Source: a virus (lineage: Duplodnaviria; Caudoviricetes). From it: 64,000 nt of DNA. The notes below the pieces were generated by a model that worked only from the letters and a program-made list of their open reading frames with translations, had not been told where the DNA came from and ran no database searches. Of the stretch, positions 44,548 to 54,809 are shown one piece after another. The position numbers and the translations under genes were made by a program. Within the stretch, counting starts at the first letter, position 1; each line of letters begins with the position of its first letter. Where the stretch lies: IMG/VR virus record IMGVR_UViG_3300020577_005931, positions 190-64,189 of that record; one strand, given 5' to 3'.

Positions 44548-45539
44548 GACATTCCTATCGTTACGGTAGCCGTTCCGGTTACCTGGTAGTTAGGGGCGGT
44601 CACGGCCAGGATGAACCCTGCCTTCGGCTCCCCGGCCCAGCTCAGCTCGCCGGTGTCGCTGTAGGCTAAGAGATTCTTGAACTGGTCATAAAGGGCGAGG
44701 ATAGCTTCCCCCTCCTCGGTGCCGTAATGCAGGCCCCAGTCACTGCCATAACCGAATGACGCCGTGGCGGTGAATGTGCCCATGGGGGTGGCCGGGGTTA
44801 CCTGGGCCATCACGGTATGGCAGGGGTGGGTGATATCAGCGGAGAAAGACTCCCCGCTCTGTGATAGGGTCACTTCATACTGCCCCCACCTGGCGGTGAG
44901 GTCGCAGTGGTAGAGGTTGCTCAGGGCGGTCGCCACCAGATCGTCCCCGCCAATCTTCTGTGCGCGGATCCATAGCAGGTTACTCACCCGGGAAACCTCG
45001 GTGACCTCATGGAGCTTGCCGTCAATCAGCAGAAGATCGGCACTGGTTACCGGGGTGGACAGGGGCAGGAACACATCAGAAACCGTGTAATCGACGGTGT
45101 CGAACCCCTTGGAATTGTTCGCAGTGTACCGCTCGTAATCGCCAAAGACATTGTAGTCGGCCACAAAAGTAGTTTTACCCCCCGACCCTGAAGCCCTGCC
45201 GGTACCTTGTAGGCGGCCAATCTGGACGTAGTAACGGGCTTCTCGGACAAGGTAAGTATTAGCGTAGGGGGAATTATCAAAAACATCTTCGTTGAGGGCA
45301 TCAACCATGAACCTGGCCAGGCTGTCCCCCATCCGCACGTATTCGTAGAAGGAAGGAATGTAATCCCGCCTCGGGGTTAATATCAGGCGCTTCTTGGTGC
45401 CAAACGTCCGGTCAGAAATAAACCGGTCGTACACTTGCATGCTCCCTTTTACTCCGGTCAGCTCGAATGCCTTTCTCTGAGGGTTCCAGCCAAGGATCTC
45501 ATTCTTGGCGAATTTTTCTATCGCCCGACCGAGGTGCAT
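44544..45539 (-). CDS. Head-closure-like protein with C-terminal extension (putative)
   Basis: LLLIDG..HEV.EV pattern near aa 180; synteny. Confidence 0.55.
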   Translation of the reverse strand: MHLGRAIEKFAKNEILGWNPQRKAFELTGVKGSMQVYDRFISDRTFGTKKRLILTPRRDYIPSFYEYVRMGDSLARFMVDALNEDVFDNSPYANTYLVREARYYVQIGRLQGTGRASGSGGKTTFVADYNVFGDYERYTANNSKGFDTVDYTVSDVFLPLSTPVTSADLLLIDGKLHEVTEVSRVSNLLWIRAQKIGGDDLVATALSNLYHCDLTARWGQYEVTLSQSGESFSADITHPCHTVMAQVTPATPMGTFTATASFGYGSDWGLHYGTEEGEAILALYDQFKNLLAYSDTGELSWAGEPKAGFILAVTAPNYQVTGTATVTIGMS

Positions 45540-45541
45540 GA

Positions 45542-45988
45542 TTATTCCCCGGTCACAGGGTCGAAGTCAGGGGTTGCAGATCCAAAAATATAGGTGGCCG
45601 CTGCAGGCTCAGTTACCGCCAAGCCTTCTTCCGCTTCGAGGGCGGCCCTCCACTTTGAAACCCGGGATCTCAAGCTATCCTTTATCTTCTGGAGGTCGAG
45701 CTCGAACCTCCTGGTCTCAGCCTTGCCGTCCTTGAACAGCAAAGGGTAGAGCAACTCCCTGCCGTCGATGGCGGAGAGGGCACAGAAAGCTGCGGCGTAG
45801 AGTCGCAACATTGACAGGGAGTTTCCTTCAAACCCCTCGTAGCCGGCAGCCCAGGACGCAAGGTCCATGGTCAGTTCCAGATCCAGCTGCATATCAAGCA
45901 ACACCTCGTCACTGACATCGACAGAGTCAACGCCAAGGGCAGCCCTGACCTTGTCGGTATCAGTGAACGCGGTGATTGCAGCAGTCAT
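45542..45988 (-). CDS. Head-tail adaptor (putative)
   Basis: FTD...VRAALGV....VSD; helical. Confidence 0.65.
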   Translation of the reverse strand: MTAAITAFTDTDKVRAALGVDSVDVSDEVLLDMQLDLELTMDLASWAAGYEGFEGNSLSMLRLYAAAFCALSAIDGRELLYPLLFKDGKAETRRFELDLQKIKDSLRSRVSKWRAALEAEEGLAVTEPAAATYIFGSATPDFDPVTGE

Positions 45989-45989
45989 C

Positions 45990-46331
45990 TTACTTGTACT
46001 CTTCCATCAAGCCAGCCTGGACTTGGGCTTCGATCCAAGAGAACGGGCCGCCTTCCCCAAGTTTAGGAGAGTTCTGGGAATAGACCACCTGGGTAATAGG
46101 GTGGCGCAAGCGGCCACGGCTCTTGACCTTACTGGTGGTCACATACTTGCGGGCTTCTTTCGGAGTGAGGGAATCCCCCTTCTCCTTCTCCTTTACCTTG
46201 CGGTTGCCGCGAGCGCGAACTTCTTCCTGCGGGGCAGCTTGAGTCGTCTCAGGAGCTTGCTGTTCCTGGTTGTCTTGGACTTCTTGGTTCTGGTTGTCTT
46301 GGACTTCTTGGTTCTGGTCTTCGTTTTGCAT
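45990..46331 (-). CDS. Hypothetical protein with low-complexity N-terminus
   Basis: QNQEVQDN repeat; after major capsid gene. Confidence 0.7.
   Translation of the reverse strand: MQNEDQNQEVQDNQNQEVQDNQEQQAPETTQAAPQEEVRARGNRKVKEKEKGDSLTPKEARKYVTTSKVKSRGRLRHPITQVVYSQNSPKLGEGGPFSWIEAQVQAGLMEEYK
46266..46318. repeat. 24-bp tandem repeat, about 2.2 copies
   Basis: ctggttgtcttggacttcttggtt at 46266 and 46290. Confidence 0.9.
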
Positions 46332-46356
46332 GGAATTTCTCCGGGTTATTTATAGG

Positions 46357-46385
46357 CTCAAGGGGCCGGAGCCCCCTGAGTTTTT
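46357..46385. terminator. Hairpin downstream of major capsid gene
   Basis: ctcaagggg/ccccctgag stem; the T tract is on the plus strand, so polarity is uncertain. Confidence 0.4.
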
Positions 46386-46395
46386 ATCTGCTCAA

Positions 46396-47604
46396 TTAAG
46401 AAGCAGTTAAGGACAGAACTTCAAAAGCATCATCCCACAAACGATGAGTGATTTCACCATAGTCTACACGGAAGCCCGTGCCGCGACGCATGACGAACTC
46501 TTCAATCGCGCTGTATTGCGCACTGATGTTGATAACGCGACGCAGAGCGTAACGGCTATCGAAACCAAGCACAGTGTTAGACGCGAGTACGCCGTCGTCC
46601 ACGATGATGATTTTCGGAGAACGGATGCTGAGGTTTTCCACGTTAGCGTCAACGCCAGTGCCGTCAGTTGGTTGGTTATACACGTTGGTATAGATGGGCT
46701 TGCCAGAACGACCAGTGATCGCCAAAGCAGCCGCCAAGTCACACACAACGGTGTCGATCATGCGCTTGCGATAATTGCGGCGCAGGTACTTGATCCAAGC
46801 CAAGTGAGACAAGGTGCCGTTCGCGCTCAGAGAAGAGTCCAAAGTCTCCGCTGTAACCGCCGTCAGAGCCGCCTCAGTGCTGCGGTCAGTGTCGCCGTTC
46901 AGGATGGCATCAATGTCTTCCTCAATCATCGCAATACGCTCACCGCGAGACTGGGCAGCCATGATCACGTTGACCAACTGCAGGGTCGTAGAAGCAGCAG
47001 CTTCGTCAGAAATCTGCACACCGATAGAGCGAGTGGCGATCTTACGCGCCACGTTGCTGGTGGTGATGCCGATCATCTGGTTAGGCAGCGACAACTGACC
47101 GATAGGGGCAGCACGGCTTCCTTCTGCCCCAGTGGTGCTGATCAAGGGCTGATCGAAGTTAGCGCCGTTGATGGTGTCAGTGATAGCAATGGCGCTAGTC
47201 CAGCCGCCGATGAAATCATCGTAGTTTTCCATGAGATTTGACTCCATGGTACGCATGATGATTTCAGGGAACAGCAGACGGCCAGCCGGAGTGTTCCGCT
47301 CAGAGCCGTCAGGACGGATCAGATTGGAGATCTGGATGCCATCAGTCATGATTTCACGCATGGTTGGAGAGCGCAGGCCAGAAAGACGGTCATTGCCCAG
47401 GAACATACCAGCAGCTTGCATCATCTGGCTGATCACTGGACCGTACTTCTGCTCGTCTGACACGCCGGCATACTTCTGGCTCAGGTACTGAGACAGGCTC
47501 ATACCATGCTTGGCAGCTTGCTCGTATTCACTGACGTGAAAATCGATCTCGGTGTGGTTACCGCTTTTATCACGGATTTTGAATTTTGATTGGTCGGCAC
47601 TCAT
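46396..47604 (-). CDS. Major capsid protein
   Basis: AGGAG RBS before MSADQSKF; follows protease and decoration gene; about 402 aa. Confidence 0.85.
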   Translation of the reverse strand: MSADQSKFKIRDKSGNHTEIDFHVSEYEQAAKHGMSLSQYLSQKYAGVSDEQKYGPVISQMMQAAGMFLGNDRLSGLRSPTMREIMTDGIQISNLIRPDGSERNTPAGRLLFPEIIMRTMESNLMENYDDFIGGWTSAIAITDTINGANFDQPLISTTGAEGSRAAPIGQLSLPNQMIGITTSNVARKIATRSIGVQISDEAAASTTLQLVNVIMAAQSRGERIAMIEEDIDAILNGDTDRSTEAALTAVTAETLDSSLSANGTLSHLAWIKYLRRNYRKRMIDTVVCDLAAALAITGRSGKPIYTNVYNQPTDGTGVDANVENLSIRSPKIIIVDDGVLASNTVLGFDSRYALRRVINISAQYSAIEEFVMRRGTGFRVDYGEITHRLWDDAFEVLSLTAS

Positions 47605-47615
47605 GTCAGATCTCC

Positions 47616-48080
47616 TTACACGCGCTCGATGAGGACTTCGTCGCCAACCGCGCCTGCTACAGCGAGACGGACAACACGCCATTTGAAGTTAAGGGCTTCA
47701 AGAGTGGCTCCCGACGCTTTCTTAACCTTACTTTTTCCGGCAGTGCCGACAGCTACAGTCTGAGCGGCTGCACAAACATAGTCACCCACTGCGAGAGCAC
47801 CGGCATCGGCGTTAATTACCCACACTCTGCCGTTACGCTGAACTGAGCCGAATTTGAAGCCATCATTGACCGTAAAAGGTTCAACGGAAACGATGAATCC
47901 GTTGATTTCCCCGTCAACCACTACTGCCTTGTAATTAGCGTCAGCACTAGCAGCTTCAAGCACAACTAATTTACCGATATCGTTGCTGCCCCAGGCTTCA
48001 CCAGCAGCTGCGCCCAAGGCACAGTCGATGATGTCAGCGCGGTCCAGGTCAACTTTCGGCTCGAAACGAAAAGTAGCCAT
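47616..48080 (-). CDS. Capsid decoration/cement protein
   Basis: Small beta-rich, GDYVCA, WRVV; directly before capsid gene. Confidence 0.7.
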   Translation of the reverse strand: MATFRFEPKVDLDRADIIDCALGAAAGEAWGSNDIGKLVVLEAASADANYKAVVVDGEINGFIVSVEPFTVNDGFKFGSVQRNGRVWVINADAGALAVGDYVCAAAQTVAVGTAGKSKVKKASGATLEALNFKWRVVRLAVAGAVGDEVLIERV

Positions 48081-48126
48081 GAGTTTTCACCTCTTGAAAA
48101 AATTAAATTTCCTGACCGTAGTCAGA

Positions 48127-49671
48127 TCACAGTTGGGTCAGGTTCCGCGCAGGGGCATCAAACGCCGGGTTTTCACTTCCGCCAGCCGTACCTGGGGCAG
48201 TATTTCCGCCATTTGAGTGCTCAGCTTTAGCACCCGGTTTGAAGCGCCCGTTGAAATCGGACTCAAGTTTGTTGAACTTGGATACGATCGTCGAGTCACT
48301 ATCAAAGTCTTCAACCTTGGATGGCTGGAAGCCCATGGCTACCTCCATACGGTTGACAGCAGACATCGCAACGCGGCGTAAGCCTGACGTGCCTGCCTGA
48401 ATGGTTTCCAGTTTCTCTTTCATGCTGGCGTTCTCGGCCTGCAGCTTACCCATCTCTACGCCAGCTGTACTCAACTTCTCTGACAACTGTAAAACCGCAG
48501 CCATGTCTGCTGCCTGGGCAGGAGGCTGAGAAGAATTTGCGTTAGGCTCAGCACCACCTTCAGGCTCCCCCTCTGGGTTGCCTTCTTCCCCACCTGGAGG
48601 AGTCTCGTCACCTGGGTCTTCGTTTGCACCAGGCTTAACTTCCTCCAGAAACTCATCATTTACGAGAGCGTCATCTTCGCTGAGACCCGCCGCTACTGCA
48701 GCTTGGCCTCGGCCATTGAGGGCAAAAACCTTGCCATCGCGAGTCACAGTTTTCATGTCAACACTTCCTCTATCATCTTGAGTTTTGAATAAACCGGCTG
48801 GGCCGGCTGTGGTTTGAGAAGCATAACGACTTCTCAGTTGATTGACCAGACGGTTGAAATCCCCGATCTGGTCCACCAATCCTTCCTTGACTGCCTGGAC
48901 CCCAAGGAAAGTCTGCCCCTGGCCGGCTCCGGCCATCAGGTCCTGGACCGACATGCCTCGGTGATCGCTGACATGGCCAAGGAACATTCCGTAAATGATG
49001 GCCATCTGGTCCATCATCATCTTCTCGGCTTCCGGGCTCAGGTCCTCGAATGGGTTGAGGATCATCTTGAACTTGCCTTGTCGCATGACAGTAACATCTA
49101 TGCCTTGCTTCTCGAACGCCTTCTCAAAAGATCGGTGGATGGCGACAACCCCGATACTTCCGACTGTGGACATCGAAGATGCCCATATCTGCTGCCCGAC
49201 GCAGCCCAGCCAATACCCGCCAGAGCACATCATGGAACTGGTGAAAGTGTAAAGGGGTTTCTCACGGCCAAGCTCAGTTAAGGCTGCTGAACCTCTCTCT
49301 ATACCGTTAGCGTCCCCGCCTGGGCTGGAAATATCCAGAATAACCGCCTTTACTGACTCGTTCTGGCGCATCTCTGCAGCGGCGGCCGCAATCTCGTCGT
49401 AAGAAACCTCCCCCCAATACCTGTTGGTCGGGTGATATTCGTTTACCAGGGTACCGTTGATCTTGATAACCCCGACAGGGCCGATGGTGCTGAGCATATA
49501 GCCAACATCAATGCCTTCGCGCTCGTCTTCCTCTCCGCCACTGAACATTGCCGGTTTCAGAGACTGGATATCGCGGATAGTCGCGGGAGCAACCCTCTCG
49601 TTCGAGGTTGCTTCGCTTTTCATGTAGCTATCGACCGTTCCCAGCCAATAACCTTGTCTCATTACCTTCAT
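48127..49671 (-). CDS. S49 (SppA-like) prohead protease fused to scaffold
   Basis: DISSPGG, CSGGYWL, GSIGV, GKFK; acidic linker and coiled-coil C-term. Confidence 0.9.
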   Translation of the reverse strand: MKVMRQGYWLGTVDSYMKSEATSNERVAPATIRDIQSLKPAMFSGGEEDEREGIDVGYMLSTIGPVGVIKINGTLVNEYHPTNRYWGEVSYDEIAAAAAEMRQNESVKAVILDISSPGGDANGIERGSAALTELGREKPLYTFTSSMMCSGGYWLGCVGQQIWASSMSTVGSIGVVAIHRSFEKAFEKQGIDVTVMRQGKFKMILNPFEDLSPEAEKMMMDQMAIIYGMFLGHVSDHRGMSVQDLMAGAGQGQTFLGVQAVKEGLVDQIGDFNRLVNQLRSRYASQTTAGPAGLFKTQDDRGSVDMKTVTRDGKVFALNGRGQAAVAAGLSEDDALVNDEFLEEVKPGANEDPGDETPPGGEEGNPEGEPEGGAEPNANSSQPPAQAADMAAVLQLSEKLSTAGVEMGKLQAENASMKEKLETIQAGTSGLRRVAMSAVNRMEVAMGFQPSKVEDFDSDSTIVSKFNKLESDFNGRFKPGAKAEHSNGGNTAPGTAGGSENPAFDAPARNLTQL

Positions 49672-51095
49672 TGACTATCTCCGCCCCCTTTGTTGGGGGT
49701 ATCAGGCTGGAGGGCCCTACCTTGCGGGTCAGCGTTAGGCGAGGCTTTCTCAGCGTTAACGGCCTTGTTCTGTTGGAACATAGTGCCGCTAAGATCTTTC
49801 GCTCCGGCCGGTCTGGACCACACGTCAAACTCTAAAGCAGCTTCATCATCTGTCAAGAAGCCCAGTGACAGTAATTCCATGACCCTGGATTGCTTCATTA
49901 ACTTGAATGCTTCAAGTTCGTCGTCAGGTCTGAGGTTGATCGGCTGGAACCTGAACTCGACGTAGGCATCAACTCCATACAACCGAGTGGCCAGAGTCAG
50001 GGCTCTTGAAAGGTTGACTTCAACAGGCTTCTGAATAGCCCTGGCGACTTTCAGGAAGATCAGACTCTCGGTATTGGACAGGCTTTGAGAGCCCTCCATC
50101 CGAAGGCCGATTATGGATGGGTGAGCCTTGAGACTGGTGGCCAGAGACCCGGAAAGATTTTGCAGCAAGGGGACGTAATCAGACTTCTCTCCTTTGGCAT
50201 CAAGCATTTCGGCCTTGGCGGTGTCGTACATGATCAGTGAATCTTGGGGGGACAACGCCCTGACTACCCGATCGACTTCCCCTCTCACCCCTTCCATGTA
50301 AGTGTTCAGCTTGTCAGGATCCGACCTCACCTCAGATGGAGCAGTTTCCAATACCCGGGCAGCGTCAAGAGTCACACTCAAGCGGCTATTCCCCTGGGAT
50401 TTAAGGGTTCTCCGCATATCCTCAATGTACTCATTGTAGTGCCATGAGTTGTTTATCGCCGGCTCCATCATCGGTCTGGCTTTCGACTTACTGGCAAATC
50501 GATGTGACTCAGTGATGAATACAGTTGGAAAATCCAGGTTTATCTCCCCAGAAGATCCATTCTGGACAGGGTATCTGTACCCGTTCTTGGCCTTCCAAGT
50601 CACGGAGTCGTAGGAGAACACCCCTATGGACTCCGGCAGTCTGGCCTTATCCAGAACCAGCTCATTACAGACCGCCCCAGTGGTGATCACCTCCAAAAGG
50701 CACATCTCGACCAGGGTCTCAAGAGAAAGCCTGTCGGCAAATCCTTTACTGTAGTCGTAGAGGTTATTGATTCTGGAGATGAAAGAATTGACAAGCGCGG
50801 TCGCTTCTTTCGAGTACCGGTGGGTGGCCGGGTCATAAGCTGCCACTCTGTAACCGGAATGCGCCACCTCGACAAAGTCGAAAATTGCGCTAGAAGCAGT
50901 ACCGTCGAATGAAACCAGTTCACGGAGAGCTTCCGCTACCTTACCTTGCTGGCGCAGGGCTGTAACCGACCGGTTAAGAACCGAAAAGCTGTCTGTCGGC
51001 AGGGCGTTACCATTCTCGACCCCAGAGGCCGGGGTCGCTGATACGGCCTTCGTGGCCACCCTGGTGGGCATTACTGTTTTCTGCTCAGCCGCCAA
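49668..51095 (-). CDS. Portal protein
   Basis: 475 aa between terminase and protease; TTG start. Confidence 0.8.
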   Translation of the reverse strand: MAAEQKTVMPTRVATKAVSATPASGVENGNALPTDSFSVLNRSVTALRQQGKVAEALRELVSFDGTASSAIFDFVEVAHSGYRVAAYDPATHRYSKEATALVNSFISRINNLYDYSKGFADRLSLETLVEMCLLEVITTGAVCNELVLDKARLPESIGVFSYDSVTWKAKNGYRYPVQNGSSGEINLDFPTVFITESHRFASKSKARPMMEPAINNSWHYNEYIEDMRRTLKSQGNSRLSVTLDAARVLETAPSEVRSDPDKLNTYMEGVRGEVDRVVRALSPQDSLIMYDTAKAEMLDAKGEKSDYVPLLQNLSGSLATSLKAHPSIIGLRMEGSQSLSNTESLIFLKVARAIQKPVEVNLSRALTLATRLYGVDAYVEFRFQPINLRPDDELEAFKLMKQSRVMELLSLGFLTDDEAALEFDVWSRPAGAKDLSGTMFQQNKAVNAEKASPNADPQGRALQPDTPNKGGGDSQ

Positions 51096-51123
51096 CTCGA
51101 AAGCCCTCGCTTAATACCCGTGA

Positions 51124-51152
51124 AGTCTACTGGTGTAAATAAATACGTGCAA
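51124..51152 (-). promoter_or_regulatory. Sigma70-like promoter upstream of portal
   Basis: TTGCAC-17 bp-TAGACT on minus strand. Confidence 0.65.
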
Positions 51153-51159
51153 CTCCACT

Positions 51160-52947
51160 TTACTTCTTCTCCAAGAGGTCAAGCAATGACCTCTCCCCTG
51201 TACCCTCGGCAGGTTTCATCTTGACTCCTCCTGCCATAGGCAACACCGGGATCACCCCTGAGGCAGGAGCAATCAACATCTTCGACACGGTGTAAGCGAT
51301 GTACGCATAGTTGAGGGCATGCCCGTAGTGGTCTTCCCCAGTGTTAACCCATTTGGACGAATAATCCCCGTCCTCGACAGAGTCCACTCGCTTCAGGGCC
51401 TTCAGGTGGGATCTCATTAGCTCAAAGTCCGGGCCGTCACTGAACACGATCTTGCCGGTATTCACCGCCGCGCTCAGGTCGTTGAAGGTCTCCGTCCGCG
51501 CCGCCTTCACGATCCCGTCATCTTCATCGATGGTGATTATATCAAGGGTGTCCTTCCCCTTCCTGACGTAATAGCAGGCCAGGTTCCGGCCAAGGGTGCC
51601 GGATTCAGCGTATTTCTTGGATGTCGAGAAATCCGGCCCGGCATCCATTACCCCGGTGCGCCCGCCGATAACTTTCTCAATGAACTTCACCCGTTTGAAC
51701 AGGTAATCGTTCCCGTCCTGCCTGATCCTTTCCCGGTAGACGACAGACAACTTCCCAGGTGCGCCGGGCAGCTCTTTCAATGCAACCAGCCAACTGGTCT
51801 TGCCAACGTCCACGCCGATGAAAGTTCCTGAGCAAACTTTGTCAACAGGGCGTTCAATGTCTTCAGGCATTTCAGGGATCATCAACTGGTAGCCAACTTT
51901 GTTGGCAGCGATTACTGAATCAAGGAATGATGTCTGGGCATCCTCGAACGGGAGCCCGACCTTGAAGTTAACCCAGTCTTTCTTCGAGCCGTAATCAGCA
52001 AGCTGCGACAGCGTCTTCCCGAGTGTGTTGACAGTGGGAACGTCGTAAGGGAAAACCTGATAACTTTTCCTCTCGCGGTCAGGGTATTTGTGAATGTATT
52101 TTCTTTTCTCCGGGTTGCACATGTCAGCCCAATGAATGGGGGCTTTGCAACTCGGACAGCGGATGAATGCCGAATGGATCTTGTCACCAAGAACTTCGAG
52201 ATCTTCCTTCTCGAAGTTTGCAACCATTCCGTCAAACCCTGGTATTTCAACGTCTATCATGAAATCGGGGGCTACCCATTCACGGCAGCAGCGGCATTTC
52301 ACGCAGTAGTAAGCCTGGCTGCCAGCCTTGAACCCCTCGTTGATCCCGTAATTCTCAACTGTCGGGGTGGAGAAAGCCCTTTGTATCTCACGGTCACCGG
52401 CGTGGCCAAGGCGTGAGTTGAAAAGTTTCAGGGCAGCCTGGTCGCAGAAATCAACCTCGTCCTTGATCAGCGCCTGGGCGGGCACTGATATGTTCGCGCT
52501 TTTGCCAATAGTCCCCTTGACGTAAAGGAACGATGTTAGGATCTGTTTCATGTCAGTCGAGTCAACATCGCGGTTGACAGCTGACTTCAGGTACTTCGAG
52601 GCCTCAATAACAGGGTCGATCCGACCTTTGGTAAACGCACGGGCGAAAGCTGCAGTCGGCAAGACGTAAATCAACGTCAGGTTCCTCTGCATCCCCAGCA
52701 AAGCCAAGGCTTGCCGGATAGACATCTCAGACGCACCCACCTGTGAGCACTTCTGTATGTCGATTATCTTGGAAACGTCCGAGAGAATTTCCCGCTGGTA
52801 TTCATGCCCCTTGAACGACCAGCGACGCTGGTTATCCTCCGGGTGCGACGTATTCCGCTCTATCCAGGTAGGGGTTTGCGATAGGTCGTTGGTCTGGTTG
52901 ATACCAGATTTTAACCTGGCGATGTAATTCTCTTTGGTGTCGGTCAT
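51160..52947 (-). CDS. terL: Terminase large subunit (lambda GpA-like)
   Basis: KCSQVGASE, DEVD, STPT, Zn-binding Cys pairs, GVDVG, DHYGHA. Confidence 0.92.
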   Translation of the reverse strand: MTDTKENYIARLKSGINQTNDLSQTPTWIERNTSHPEDNQRRWSFKGHEYQREILSDVSKIIDIQKCSQVGASEMSIRQALALLGMQRNLTLIYVLPTAAFARAFTKGRIDPVIEASKYLKSAVNRDVDSTDMKQILTSFLYVKGTIGKSANISVPAQALIKDEVDFCDQAALKLFNSRLGHAGDREIQRAFSTPTVENYGINEGFKAGSQAYYCVKCRCCREWVAPDFMIDVEIPGFDGMVANFEKEDLEVLGDKIHSAFIRCPSCKAPIHWADMCNPEKRKYIHKYPDRERKSYQVFPYDVPTVNTLGKTLSQLADYGSKKDWVNFKVGLPFEDAQTSFLDSVIAANKVGYQLMIPEMPEDIERPVDKVCSGTFIGVDVGKTSWLVALKELPGAPGKLSVVYRERIRQDGNDYLFKRVKFIEKVIGGRTGVMDAGPDFSTSKKYAESGTLGRNLACYYVRKGKDTLDIITIDEDDGIVKAARTETFNDLSAAVNTGKIVFSDGPDFELMRSHLKALKRVDSVEDGDYSSKWVNTGEDHYGHALNYAYIAYTVSKMLIAPASGVIPVLPMAGGVKMKPAEGTGERSLLDLLEKK

Positions 52948-53216
52948 GCCTCAAGAACCCCTTGGTTTTCAGGCTCGGTGATAACCCAGCCATTGTCGGG
53001 GTTTATCAGGTCTTCCTGCGCCACCCACACAGGCGGAACCTCCATGTGACGAGCAGCATCAACCAGGGCGTAGAACAACCCTGAATCTGGCCGGTACCAG
53101 TGGTGCATCATGGAGATGGCAATGAACTCATTACCATTGCAGTCCTTGAACTTGTGCCCTGGCCCGAAAGCGTAGGTGGTCAAGTAGGTGGAGCACTCTA
53201 CCTTGCTCTCGCTCAT
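52944..53216 (-). CDS. Hypothetical protein
   Basis: TGATG/ATGA coupling on both sides. Confidence 0.65.
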   Translation of the reverse strand: MSESKVECSTYLTTYAFGPGHKFKDCNGNEFIAISMMHHWYRPDSGLFYALVDAARHMEVPPVWVAQEDLINPDNGWVITEPENQGVLEA

Positions 53217-53812
53217 CAGCCTTCGAGCCTCACTTCCAACGCCTCAATAAACTTCCGAACCAATGGGCCTTCCCCAGACCCACCCGCTTCGATGTGCTCA
53301 TTAAATTCGCGCATGAACTCACGGTCTGAGTCAAGCTCACGCAGGATGTCCACTGTCGCCTGTTCGACTGCCCGGTACCGCTCCATGTTGACCACTTTCT
53401 CATGGGTCTTGACCAGGGTGTTTATCATGGAGTTGGACATCGATATAACATCCTTCGCTTCGCCGACAGTCACACCTGACTTCAGTGACTTCCCTGACGG
53501 GGACAGGATGGATTTACGCAGTAAACGAACCGACTTAAGGACTTCCGAGATCTCCTTCGACAGGTCAAAAGATTCGTCGTAGTCAACGTCATCCTCTTCC
53601 ATCTGGGAGTTGTGATCGAAAGCCGCCAAGGCCCTGAGTAATGCAAATGCTTCCTTCTTTGGCACCCTCCCAAGGTCCAACATTTCCTTAACTGTATTTA
53701 ACGCCTGCTTTTCTTCCCTTGAAAGACGGTAGTCCGATTCCGTGGTGAGATCCTCCCGCACAGGAGGACGCTGTACGTCAAAATCACTAACATCAACCTC
53801 ACTCATTAACAA
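53216..53812 (-). CDS. Putative terminase small subunit
   Basis: Helical 198 aa upstream of terL; assignment by position only. Confidence 0.45.
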   Translation of the reverse strand: MLMSEVDVSDFDVQRPPVREDLTTESDYRLSREEKQALNTVKEMLDLGRVPKKEAFALLRALAAFDHNSQMEEDDVDYDESFDLSKEISEVLKSVRLLRKSILSPSGKSLKSGVTVGEAKDVISMSNSMINTLVKTHEKVVNMERYRAVEQATVDILRELDSDREFMREFNEHIEAGGSGEGPLVRKFIEALEVRLEG

Positions 53813-54218
53813 GACCCCTTTTACCTCTCGCTCTTTCTCTCAATTTCCTTGCCCGGAACTGCAATTCAAGCTCTCTACGCTGCTCAATATCCCGCTTCCG
53901 GCAAATCAGGTGATAACGAGCCAAGGGTAAGGAAATGAGATTGATCAGAGGGGAGATCAGAAACAACCCGGTCGCCAATGGGAGCCCTATGGTGAGTACG
54001 ACGATGACCGGGATCTGCTGCAACATGGTAAGCCATGCAAACAGATACTGCCAGGCGAGCCCTTGCCTGACGTTCTCAAGGATGACCCCAGAGTTGAGGT
54101 CAGACTCCTTGAACCTATTAAGCACAGAAGCCTTATAGCCCCTTGTGCAGTTTGAACAAAGATCTTTGTAAAGTTCCCAATAACCTGGGACTTCAATCGG
54201 GGAAGGGTTTTGTTCCAT
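53799..54218 (-). CDS. Hypothetical membrane protein
   Basis: Long hydrophobic stretch, basic C-term. Confidence 0.7.
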   Translation of the reverse strand: MEQNPSPIEVPGYWELYKDLCSNCTRGYKASVLNRFKESDLNSGVILENVRQGLAWQYLFAWLTMLQQIPVIVVLTIGLPLATGLFLISPLINLISLPLARYHLICRKRDIEQRRELELQFRARKLRERARGKRGLVNE

Positions 54219-54447
54219 AAACGAAGCCTCTGCGACTCATAGGGTTCTTCTTACGATACAGCAAACCCTTCCCATGCAGAGACTTCAACATAGCACTCAT
54301 GACGATCTGCCGCCTTCCGAGAACTTCGGACAACCCTCGACTTTCTCTCGCCTGCATGTCAGCCACAGACCTGAGGACCTCTTTTTCAAGAGGGCTCAGA
54401 TGCGGGGTGGCCAAAGCCAAGTCGGCGGGGGTTCTTTCAGAGGTCAT
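54193..54447 (-). CDS. Winged-helix (MarR-like) DNA-binding protein
   Basis: LSPLEKEVL...LSEVLG.....MSAMLKSLHGKGLLYR. Confidence 0.6.
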   Translation of the reverse strand: MTSERTPADLALATPHLSPLEKEVLRSVADMQARESRGLSEVLGRRQIVMSAMLKSLHGKGLLYRKKNPMSRRGFVYGTKPFPD

Positions 54448-54679
54448 ACACACCATGAGATATCGGGGCAGTACCGCCTGGGGGCCATTCAACCAGTTCT
54501 ACTTGCCGGTCATTCAGCACGTTGACAGTCAGGTTCACTGGGACCAACCGGCCGGTGCCGCGAGTCAGAGCCTTGGAAAGAGCTTGACCAATCTGGTCAA
54601 ACCCTGGATTTTTCTTGACCTCTACAGGGGTAGAGACACTGGGAGTTGCTTGGCCGGGCTTGGTGGGTTCGTCTTTCAT
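54437..54679 (-). CDS. Hypothetical protein
   Basis: GGAGG RBS before MKDEPTK. Confidence 0.6.
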   Translation of the reverse strand: MKDEPTKPGQATPSVSTPVEVKKNPGFDQIGQALSKALTRGTGRLVPVNLTVNVLNDRQVELVEWPPGGTAPISHGVYDL

Positions 54680-54809
54680 TCGAGGGGTCCTCCAGTCGAA
54701 ACAATCCAAGCGTAGCCCCCTCCCGCTAATTGGTCAACCGTGTGGGTTGTCATTTGCCTGACTTCCTGCGGATGCCAGGTTAGCGGGAGGGGTGGCCTAT
54801 TCTACCTGA

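Noticed and set aside
46444-47241. 265-aa plus-strand ORF and similar long antisense ORFs in the track
   Set aside because: Shadows of strongly biased genes on the opposite strand; no RBS or recognisable motifs
47605-47682. Longer ORF-track starts (capsid 47682, also 61837, 63634, 61607, 31910)
   Set aside because: They overlap neighbours or regulatory motifs and lack an RBS; downstream starts have clear Shine-Dalgarno sequences or stop-start coupling
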